Below, piece after piece: positions 42,601 through 51,230 of a stretch of DNA of 64,000 nucleotides. The notes beneath the pieces are model-generated. The model searched no databases. It was not told where the DNA came from and worked only from the letters and a program-made list of their open reading frames with translations. The position numbers and the translations under genes were made by a program. Origin of the DNA: Sminthopsis crassicaudata (Eukaryota). Each line of letters begins with the position of its first letter. The first letter of the stretch is position 1. Location: assembly GCF_048593235.1 (NCBI RefSeq), contig NC_133620.1, forward strand, positions 440,787,261 to 440,851,260. The letters run 5' to 3'.

Positions 42601-45600
42601 ATTGAAGACTTCTCAGCAATCTAACAAACAGTCCAACTTCTCTTCCCAGCCTTCTTCCCAAGTTTTATTTCTGTTAAGAGTGTCGCCTTAGATCCCATAC
42701 TTAAAGTTGTAGTCTTAGCTTTCTCTCTAACTAGCCCATCATCACATTAGTTCAGAAGGTGTCTGACACTCACCTGCACTAATTATGATCATAATAGCTT
42801 CTAAATTAGTTTCCCAGACTCTCCAATTCCCCCTTCAAAAACCTTCTGGAATATGCCTTCTAAGGCAGAGATCATGCAGGTCATTCCCCTGCTCTAAAAA
42901 AATATTGTTTTAATGATCAAATCAAACTTCTTAGCCTGGCATTCAAGGTCCTCAGCCATCAGGTTCTCACTTACTTTTCACATTATGCCCCTTCAAGTAT
43001 TCTACATTCCAGTCACACTGGACTAAGAGTCCTTGAACTCAGCATGACGTGGCCAAGCCTTGTGCAGCCCCCCCTGGCTAGGATGTGCTTGGAATGCATG
43101 GCTCCTTCCTCATGTTCCCTCCCTGAGATTCTCTAACTCCCTCCATGTCTTGGCTCAGGGGGAGCTTGCTTCCCTGTGGGTTTTCCTTGGAGCCGACAGC
43201 TATCAGGACTTTTCCCCTCCTTCAACACTGGTAGGGGAGATTTCTCCTTCACCAGATTCCCCATCTAGCACATCCCTTCTTTTTGTCCTCTGTGCCCATG
43301 AGCGTAAGCTCTTTGAAAACAGGGATCTTTTGTTTTTATGACTTCCAGTTTACCTTCTATTTGCTTTCCTTTCTTTCCCACACCCATCCCCTATCAAAAA
43401 GCATGACTCAAAAGCATGAGGATGGATACAATTCACCTTACTCTCTCCCAGAATCCTTCCCCACGGTTCCCAGGACCCCCCCTCCCCTCCCTCCATCGCC
43501 CCTCCCCCACCTCACCAAGCCACCGTTATGGCCTGAGCTGTATGGGTTTCTCGCCCTTCTCTTCGGCTCAGGTTCCGGGCAGCTTTCACGACCTCTTCCT
43601 TGGTCCGGAAATCTCCAAGTGACCATTCATGTACGGCAGTCTCCCCATACTGAACCAACCCAACCTGGAGAGGGACAGTTTTGTTGATAGCTCTGTCTAT
43701 ACCTGCCACCCATCTCTGACTCCCACCCTCACCCCTTCTCACCTGTATCTGTTCGGGGTCAATGAACAGCCTCCCCACTAGTCTACGCAAGAAAGTCTGA
43801 ACCTCAGCCCAGGGATAGATGCTGTTAGAGCCATCCAGGACAATGACCACGTCCATGTAGGTGGGGCAGCCTAGATTTTGGAGGCACAGAATGGGGAAGC
43901 TAAAGCACATCAGGGCAAGAGTGTGGGAGCAGTGTCAACAGAAGGGGGCAGTGGCTGAATAAATTGGTACATGAAAGTAATGGGTTATTGTTCTATAAAA
44001 TACGATGAACAGGCTGATGTTAGAAAAGCCGGGAAAGATTTACACAAACTGATGCTGAGAGAAACAAGCAGAACCAGGAATACATTGTATACAATAACAG
44101 CAGGATTGTGAGATGATCAATTAGGAAAGGTTTGGTTCAGTGATCCAAGGAAATTCCAATAAACTTTGGATAGAAAACACCATCTGCACCCAGAGACAGA
44201 GCTATGGACACTGAATGTAAATCAATACCTGCTATGTTTACTATTTTCCTTTTTTCTTCTTCCTTTTTTTTCCCCCTTGGGGTTTTCCCCTTTTGTTCTG
44301 ATATTTCTCTCCCAACATGATTCACAACAAAATGTGCTTTTAAAAAATGAATGTACATGTATAACCAGAAAAAAAAGGAAAAACAATAAAATGAGTTGGG
44401 AAAACCGTGTGGGGGTAGTACAAAGAATATTGGTTGGGGAATAAGAGAATGTGGGCAAAAACCCTAGCTTTGTTTTTTATTAGCTATGTGATCATGAGTA
44501 AGTCTCTTTTCTTTATTTATAAAATGAAAATAATAATAACAACTATTCACAGTGTTATTATGAGGATCAAATAATATTTGGAAAATGCTTAGCACAGTGC
44601 CTGGCACAGAGCAGGGGCTTAAATAGGCAGATAGATGATAAATAAGTAAATGAGAGGTTTCCCTTCTCCGGTCCCCTCCCCACCACTCACGCTGTGCAGT
44701 AGGTGCTAAGCTCCCCCGGGGTCGGAATGAGGCATCCACTTGGGCACAGATCCCAGAACTGTACACAGAAGTACCACAAGCACGAGACCACAGTGGGGCA
44801 CAGGCCTGAGGAAAGAGAAATGGCAGGAACGTGTAAGGGCCCTTTAAATGGGCGGACACAGTGCATCGGGAGATTGAGGCCCAGAAGTAATTTCTGTGGA
44901 CATTAGGACTGCCCTTGGGCGGGATCCTGGCCATATTGAGATAGTTTTGTAATGGGTGACTCTCTCGCTGATTGGCTGTGTGTGTGACCTCACAGGCCCT
45001 ATGTAAGCCCACTGCAGGCAGCAACCGCCCTCTTTAATCTGGCATTCTTCACCCTGGCTTCCCAGCCTGGTGGCCAAGCCAAGATGGATAGCCAAAAGAG
45101 GTAAGGGTTTTGGTAGTGAACACATGGGTCTTCTGACCAGGTGTTCACCAGGGAACCAACAAGTCAGGGCATCAGTTAGGGCATTATGTGAGTAGGTATA
45201 ATAAAGGCTTTTAAGATTACACGTGGCTGTTCTTGAGTGCGCTACCGGTTATTAAGCTATAGATTCAAGAGATTGTGGCCAGAGACCTTAGAAGGCCTCA
45301 GAGGAGGCGAGCCGGGTAGAGCTCACACTGCAGAGGACAGTGGTCAAAGGTACTCTGGTGGGTCTAGGACAGACTAGTAATTGTAACTGCCAGGAGAGCA
45401 CGTACAAATGGCGCTCAACGTGGACGCATCAGGAATTATCAGGTTTTGAAAATATTTAATATTCAGAATTAAGATTCTGAAAGATCCGGTAGAAACGCCA
45501 CTTAAGAGGGAAGACAGAGAAGCAATATGGACCCAGGTAAATCTGGGATCAGGCTCAAGGACACAGCTGAACATAATGCTTATTATATAAAGAGGTTAAA

Positions 45601-48600
45601 GAGCCAGATGGAAGATCTTTTAACAAAGATCACCACTGAAGAACAGCAGGAAGCTTGTAATCAAGCTCCACAAAGGCTATCCCCACACCCAGTAAATAGA
45701 GCTAGGAGAGGGAGCAACCTAGAGCTAATGCGATTGTATGACAGTAGAGAGTATAAAATGCCACAGCAAGAGTTGCTGGAATTGCAGGTTAAACTACAGA
45801 TGGAGATAGAGAAAGAAGAAAAAGCTAGGTTACTACAGATAGAACAGGAAGAGTTCAAACCAGTGGCTGAAACTAAGGAAGGAAATAAAGGAACCACATG
45901 GATTAAAGTTGTAGAAATTCTTCTTAGCGTTTTGTTGGTTTACCTCCTGCATTGTTGTTTTAAGGAATTTATTGATTACTCTTCCATTGAGAAGTTTAGT
46001 TCTTTTTATGTGCAAAGCTCAGGTTTGATTTTAAATCAGCCTTTGGGGAATTTTCCAATTCTTCTTCCCTCTGCCTCACCTTCTTGGGCCAAGGGAGAAG
46101 GGGGAGGAGGAAAAGGAAGGGCGATAATACCATCAGTACTGCCCATTAATCCATTTAAAACTCCTGTGTCTTCATTTCAAAGGACAGGAGTAGGCTTTAT
46201 GCCCCAAGGCAAAAAGGAATTGTGGGGTATTGAGTATAATCAGAAAAGTTTTAAAAATACAGTTCAGTTAATTTCTAAGAAACCTTACAGGGACAAGACC
46301 TTGCAGTTAGAGAGAGTGGAGTTTTATACTTGTAAAACTGCTAGGATTGTCTTTGGAGAGTTGGAACTCCTCTTTTATTACCTCGTGGATTTTCCACTTC
46401 CACAGGTGAGCTTGATTTCCCAACCCCCTACGGGTACTTATAAAACAGTGTTTATGTCTAGAATGGGTTGGAAAATTGTTGTTTTAATCACTAGAATAAA
46501 TAGACAGTGTGTGATCTTTGACCCAGGAGGAAAAGTAATATCAGATTTATTGATTCACACTCCTGGAGTACAATTCGGTATCAGAAACTCAAACTTTGAT
46601 TTTTAGGCAAAAGAATTCAGGGATATAGCCAGAGTGTTCTAGTAAAGTCATTACTGCACAGACTATCCCCAAGATCTCTTCTAAACAAGAGAAGGGAATT
46701 TTGGGATATGTGATTGCTTACAATTTTTAAATTTTGATTTTACATTTTTAAACATTTTTGATTTTACATCTTCAAAGTATTTTGATTTTACATTTTTAAT
46801 CTATTTCGGTTTTACACTTTTAAATTATTTTGGTTTTACATTTTTAAATTCTTTGCATTTTACCTTAGCAATGCACTTCGGGCATACACAGAAAGTGCAG
46901 CTAAGTGACAGACTGACTTTTGTCTGACTTGTTAATCTTTTTGACAACAACTTTGTTTCCACTGTGATGTGGAAAGGCCTGGATGGCATTTGGAAAGGCC
47001 CAAGTTGGGCCCCAGGGACATTCCTTCCTAGGTGCAGATCCAGCAGCAGAGTTCATCCCCACCAGAGACATTTGTAACCTGGGGATCCAAGAGAAGGACC
47101 AGACAACAGTCCAGAGAGACCAGCCAGATGTCCGCAGCCCTTCAGACGCTGATGGCAGCGATGCCCCTCCTGACCGTGACACCAGAGACAGCAGACACGG
47201 TTCCAGTGTTGCAGCTGAGATGGACTGTTTTGGGTGATACACGATATAAAGACTGTAAATGGACAATGGGCCTGCTTGCTTCTCCCGTGGCCACTTACCA
47301 TATGGTGGCCTGGGGAGAGGCTTTGCCCTATGCTTTCTATTGAAGGACTATGCTTTTAAATTAGTGGGTGAAAAACCAACACACCCACCTGCCATTGTTA
47401 TTGAGACAATGTTACTGGACATGACTTTGCTTATGTGCACCTGTGAAACTAGAATTGTTCTAGAATTGTGAAAAGTGCAATAGAGAATTGTGATAAACTA
47501 GAATTGTTCTAGGATTGTGAAAAAGTGCAATTGAGAATTGTGATAAACTAGAATTGTTCTAGGATTGTGACAAGTGCAATTGAGAATTGTGATAAGCTAG
47601 AATTGTTCTAGAATTGTGACAAGTGCAATTGAGAATTGTGATAAGCTAGAATTGTTCTAGGAGTGTGAAAAGTGCAACAGAAAATTGTAAGAAACTAGAA
47701 TTGGTCTAGAACTGTGATAAATGTAACTAGAATTGTGACAACCTACCTACTGATATTTGTTAACTAGAATTGTGATGTTTTACCTTGTTGACTTCCCACC
47801 TCAGTGTTGACATCCTACCTCATTGGCATCCAACCTCTTTGGCTTATTATCTCGAGTATGACTTTGATGAATGGGTTGAACACTTGGGCCACTGTTGAGC
47901 CTGGTTCTCATTGTCATACTTCTGTTTACTGATTTGCTGCTTTGTACCTCCTTGGGCATAACACTGTCATCTCATGGATCAAGTGAACTATAGCTGATGG
48001 TAAAAGTTTAGCTTGGTGAGATGTGCGGTTCCCGCAAAACAAGAGAAAGGGAATTGTAAGGGCCCTTTAAATGGGCGGACACAGTGCATCGGGAGATTGA
48101 GGCCCAGAAGTAATTTCTGTGGACATTAGGACTGCCCTTGGGCGGGATCCTGGCCATATTGAGATAGTTTTGTAATGGGTGACTCTCTCGCTGATTGGCT
48201 GTGTGTGTGACCTCACAGGCCCTATGTAAGCCCACTGCAGGCAGCAACCGCCCTCTTTAATCTGGCATTCTTCACCCTGGCTTCCCAGCCTGGTGGCCAA
48301 GCCAAGATGGATAGCCAAAAGAGGTAAGGGTTTTGGTAGTGAACACATGGGTCTTCTGACCAGGTGTTCACCAGGGAACCAACAAGTCAGGGCATCAGTT
48401 AGGGCATTATGTGAGTAGGTATAATAAAGGCTTTTAAGATTACACGTGGCTGTTCTTGAGTGCGCTACCGGTTATTAAGCTATAGATTCAAGAGATTGTG
48501 GCCAGAGACCTTAGAAGGCCTCAGAGGAGGCGAGCCGGGTAGAGCTCACACTGCAGAGGACAGTGGTCAAAGGTACTCTGGTGGGTCTAGGACAGACTAG

Positions 48601-51108
48601 TAATTGTAACTGCCAGGAGAGCACGTACAGGAACGTCATTCCCAGATCCCAGGGCCGGATCTCATTCCCCCTTCTCGAGCTGTTTCCCACTCCCTACCTC
48701 CCCCATAGGGTCTAAACACCATCCATTTGGTCCTTCCCCACTCTCCGTGCCATTAACTTTCTGCACTGCTCCCTCAGTGGACTCCTAGAATGGATTCCCC
48801 ATCGTTAACTTCCACAATGCCCCTCATTCCCACCTCACCATAAAGCCCCCATCCACATCAGTTTTCAGCAGTGACATCCCAAGATGCATGTTCACAGCTG
48901 GACTCGAAGAGTTTCCCAGTGGATAGTCACCTGGAAGTGACAGGGAAGTTGGTGAACACAGGTTTGGGGTCGGGAGTGGAGAGGGAAGGAATATTTAGGA
49001 AGTCATGGGAAGCAATCAAATGTTATTGGGAAGCGGGGAGTTTGAGGAATAAGAGGTCAGGGTCAAAGAGTGGAGAAGAAGGCTGAAAGGGAGTGGCCTC
49101 TGCTTACCCAGGTGGCCCTTGGCACAGGAGGCATTAGGCCGCTCCTCCACAGGACAGAGATACACATCTCCTCTCCTATCTCCGGAAGGTCCATCCCAAG
49201 GGGCACCCACCAACATCCTGTGAGACCAAGGTTGTGCATGAGCATGGCTTCCCGGAGCATAACCCTAAAGACAAGCTGGTCCCAAAGCCAGAACTTCAGT
49301 TTGTGATCACCCCAGTTTATTCTCCAAGATCCCAACTGTCTCATTCCTTCTGAAAGTAACTACATGGCGATTACTCTCCTATTATCTATGGCTCGTGGGG
49401 GATAAATAATATTGGCCCAACCTAAAGTCTATCCTTCTGTTTCCCTACAGGCTTCTCCTTAACCAGCCCCACCCCAGCGCCAGCCCTTTCTCCTTTCTTC
49501 CTTCTCATTCGGGTTCCCTTTGACCATCATGATACCCCGAGTTGTCCCAGGCTTCCCTCACCATCCACGTCCTCCCCCCACGTGCTGCAAGACACTGTAT
49601 CCGAACTCGGCCTCCGGTGGCCCATGAAACAGGCGAGGATGACTATCATCCAAGTTGAAGGAGAGGCAGAAACCTGGGGGAAGGAGGGATGGAGGGAGAG
49701 AAGATCAGTCACGAGGTCAAGGGCTTAGGGGAAGCCACAGGAGGGCTTGGCTAAGTGAAGAGACCTCTGGCCAGGACATGCTGGCCCGAGCCGCTGGCCC
49801 TCTCCTTGTCTTGTCTCTAGCAGCATTTCCATCTGCGCCTGCTGGCCCAAGGGTGTCTTCTTCTACCTTGTCTCCATCCAGATGTCCTGTTCATCCTGTC
49901 TGTGGCTCTTAGCCACAATGACATGCACAGCTGTGAATTCATTCCCGCCCCCGAAATCTCTTTCACAGAATCAATCTAAAGGGTCGGGTTACTCAGCCCC
50001 CCTTTTCCTCCCTGCCCTCACCCAACCTGGGAGGCTCAAACAAAAGTAGGGGAATGGCAGCTTTCTGTAACATCAGAAAAATTCCCCAGTCCCTGTGGGG
50101 TCCAGGGGTTAGACAGGAGCCTGAAAAGGACAGGACACTGAAAGCTGTCTCTTACAAGTACCCCCTGTTTCTCCATCTCCCCATGTCAGTGTGTCTCATG
50201 CAGGCACACACAGATTCCTGTGTCTTCGGCCTCAGCCCCGGAAACCTCAGGATCAATTACCGGGGTGGGGCAGCCTGCCCACACACAAACTTCTCTCTGC
50301 CCCCACCACAGAGGTCCCAAAGCTTCACCACCCTTCTGCCTTCCCAGCACAGCGACATCCCACTCCCTAACTAGGCCCCTGTTCACTTCCTGAATAATTT
50401 AGTCCCCTCCCAGAGACCCCACATCATGTCCTAGCTGGTCCTCTCCTTCCTAGCCCAAGCTCTCTCCAGACTCAGAACGGGTATTTTGGGAAACATAGAT
50501 TATAGGGGAAAGCTAAGATCCCCTTAAACATGGCCAAACCACCCCCGCCTTTTAGGGTTCCCTCCCTACTTCCCAGACCATCCCTTCCCCCTCCTCCCTT
50601 CCTAACAAATGCCTCTCCAGAACAAAGGAGTGTCTCATATGTCTTCAGACCCCCCTGGACACTAGGAAGTCAATAGGTGGGGTGGGACTGCATGTGGTCA
50701 TTGGTCAAATATTCTTAGGATGCCAGCCACTCTGGCCGAGGGGGACCCTGAAGAAAAGGGGCCATGTGGAGCATTCTGGGTGCCACTTTCCAGAAGTCTA
50801 GGCACCAATTCCAGGTAACTAAGCAAAAGCTTCCACCAGCACCACAGGAAAATTCTCCTACTATCATCCTGGGAGAGGAGGGAATAATCTGTAATATGGA
50901 TTCAAAGTCACACTTTTCAGAGCCCTGTCCTTAGGGCTCCCAGCAGCAGGGCGTCTCCTCCCCCCACAAAGGACATTCTTACCCCTAAGGTCCCAGCCCC
51001 CAGACATCCCACACACCTGCCTCCCCACCAAGCCCCAAATGGTTAACCTCCCTCACCTGCCAGGAGCAACACGGGGAGAGGGAGGAGAGGGCTGAGGGAG
51101 AGCTCCAT
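27675..51108 (-). CDS. ITGA10: Integrin alpha-10 (collagen-binding I-domain integrin), 30 exons, 1165 aa, intact
   Basis: Exons (minus): 51108-51057, 49673-49562, 49217-49108, 48930-48839, 44805-44691, 43870-43743, 43664-43516, 39465-39315, 39076-38911, 38584-38511, 38240-38096, 37324-37176, 36988-36845, 36727-36527, 36098-35968, 35735-35569, 35492-35350, 35193-35080, 34825-34740, 34016-33875, 33614-33522, 32683-32607, 32473-32384, 31982-31898, 31717-31604, 31123-31043, 30901-30788, 28603-28508, 28235-28122, 27737-27675. Total 3498 nt, all GT-AG. Signal peptide, FNLD start, MIDAS DGSNS, FG-GAP repeats, TM and GFFARK tail. Confidence 0.98.
33280..33435. other. Assembly gap (156 N) inside a MIR-like SINE in ITGA10 intron 21
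   Basis: Run of N flanked by SINE-like sequence. Confidence 0.99.
37515..37864 (+). mobile_element. WSINE1-type SINE split by a hAT MITE
   Basis: Head ggagcagctaggtggtgtagt at 37515 continues after the MITE as gatcagccctgaagtcaggaggacctgaattc...CORE...A-tail. Confidence 0.8.
37544..37750 (-). mobile_element. 207-bp hAT/Charlie MITE resembling OC1 (OposCharlie1) non-autonomous elements
   Basis: 16-bp TIRs CAGGGGTTCTCAAACT / CAGTGGTCCTCAAACT; perfect 8-bp TSD GTCTAGTG (37536-37543, 37751-37758). Minus-strand start cagtggtcctcaaactttttaaatagggggccaattcactgtccctcagac matches the recalled OC1 MITE left end. Confidence 0.85.
39831..39993 (+). mobile_element. Young WSINE1-type SINE with long poly-A and TSD
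   Basis: Intact head and CORE, pure A-tail of about 23 nt, 13-bp TSD AAGTGCTGAACAA (39818-39830, 39994-40006). Confidence 0.9.
41110..41245 (-). mobile_element. WSINE1-type SINE
   Basis: Reverse complement of head (...ccacctagctgcccc) and CORE, with (TAT)n tail upstream. Confidence 0.85.
43960..44370 (+). mobile_element. Degenerate L1 3' fragment
   Basis: gttattgttctataaaatacgatgaacagg...aactgatgctgag...gcagaaccagga homologous to 24340-24440. Confidence 0.75.
44832..45406 (+). repeat. 5' LTR (575 bp)
   Basis: TGTAAG...CGTACA; GC box (GGGCGG near 44917), inverted CCAAT 44971-44975, TATA-like TATGTAA near 45000, AATAAA 45200-45205. Confidence 0.96.
45409..45426 (+). promoter_or_regulatory. 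Primer binding site, tRNA-Lys(CUU)-like
   Basis: TGGCGCTCAACGTGGACG, 2 nt after the LTR; matches the Lys1,2 PBS TGGCGCCCAACGTGGGGC at 14 of the first 15 nt. Confidence 0.85.
45527..46606 (+). CDS. Unknown 359-aa predicted single-pass membrane protein carried by the LTR element in the gag position
   Basis: Uninterrupted ATG-to-TAG ORF of 1080 nt; strong Kozak (aatATGG); 100 nt after the PBS. Heptad-like segments at about aa 18-42 and 80-110; hydrophobic stretch aa 125-145 ending in CC. No recognisable retroviral motif. Confidence 0.75.
   Translation: MDPGKSGIRLKDTAEHNAYYIKRLKSQMEDLLTKITTEEQQEACNQAPQRLSPHPVNRARRGSNLELMRLYDSREYKMPQQELLELQVKLQMEIEKEEKARLLQIEQEEFKPVAETKEGNKGTTWIKVVEILLSVLLVYLLHCCFKEFIDYSSIEKFSSFYVQSSGLILNQPLGNFPILLPSASPSWAKGEGGGGKGRAIIPSVLPINPFKTPVSSFQRTGVGFMPQGKKELWGIEYNQKSFKNTVQLISKKPYRDKTLQLERVEFYTCKTARIVFGELELLFYYLVDFPLPQVSLISQPPTGTYKTVFMSRMGWKIVVLITRINRQCVIFDPGGKVISDLLIHTPGVQFGIRNSNFDF
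46720..46863. repeat. 24-bp T-rich tandem array, about 6 copies
   Basis: G(A/G)TTTTACA anchors at 46736, 46760, 46784, 46808, 46832, 46856 (exact 24-bp period). Confidence 0.9.
46964..47075 (+). pseudogene. Frameshifted remnant of a betaretrovirus-like integrase C-terminal domain
   Basis: VMWKGLDGIWKGP (46964-47002), then W-A-P-G and, in the next frame, HSFLGADPAAEFIPTRDI; resembles recalled MPMV VKWKDPLDNTWHGP...WGRG...DAARWLPER and HERV-K WIPTRHL. Confidence 0.6.
47449..47775. repeat. 49-bp tandem array (5 full units plus 3 degenerate) with internal hairpin
   Basis: Units start at 47449, 47498, 47548, 47597, 47646, 47695, 47727, 47764; each full unit opens with CTAGAA-TTG-TTCTAG. Confidence 0.92.
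48036..48053 (+). promoter_or_regulatory. Polypurine tract
   Basis: AAAACAAGAGAAAGGGAA immediately before the 3' LTR. Confidence 0.85.
48055..48629 (+). repeat. 3' LTR (575 bp)
   Basis: Same length as the 5' LTR; no difference found by eye; identical 93-aa ORF translations in both copies. Confidence 0.96.
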
Positions 51109-51109
51109 G

Positions 51110-51230
51110 TCTGGCCGCTGTTCTGTCTCTCTGAGGAGTCCTCTGTGCTCCTGTCCCGTTCTGTTTTCTTTACTTACCCTCCTGTCCCGCCCCCCTCCCA
51201 TTGGCAGCTAAAAATAAAGTCAGACTGGCC
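51110..51230 (-). promoter_or_regulatory. Probable ITGA10 proximal promoter
   Basis: CCAAT (minus, 51200-51204) next to a GC box (51186-51193) within about 100 nt of the ATG. Confidence 0.55.

Larger units (their letters stand above)
44832..48629 (+). mobile_element. Non-autonomous LTR retroelement (betaretrovirus/class II-like), 3798 bp, antisense to ITGA10 in intron 4
   Basis: Two 575-bp TG...CA LTRs, 6-bp TSD GGAACG (44826-44831, 48630-48635), Lys-type PBS, PPT, integrase C-terminal remnant; no gag/RT/env motifs seen. Confidence 0.96.

Noticed and set aside
46595-46715. Possible -1 frameshift at the end of the cargo ORF (GAT TTT TAG G)
   Set aside because: Only five U residues, not a canonical X XXY YYZ heptamer; the -1 frame closes after about 37 codons with no protease motif.
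47289-47310. Palindrome ACCATATGGT within a GGCCAC/GTGGCC stem as a dimerisation signal
   Set aside because: Dimer initiation sites normally lie in the 5' leader; a single short hairpin is too weak without comparative data.
47449-47775. CRISPR-like array
   Set aside because: Units are contiguous with no unique spacers, and the context is a mammalian LTR element.
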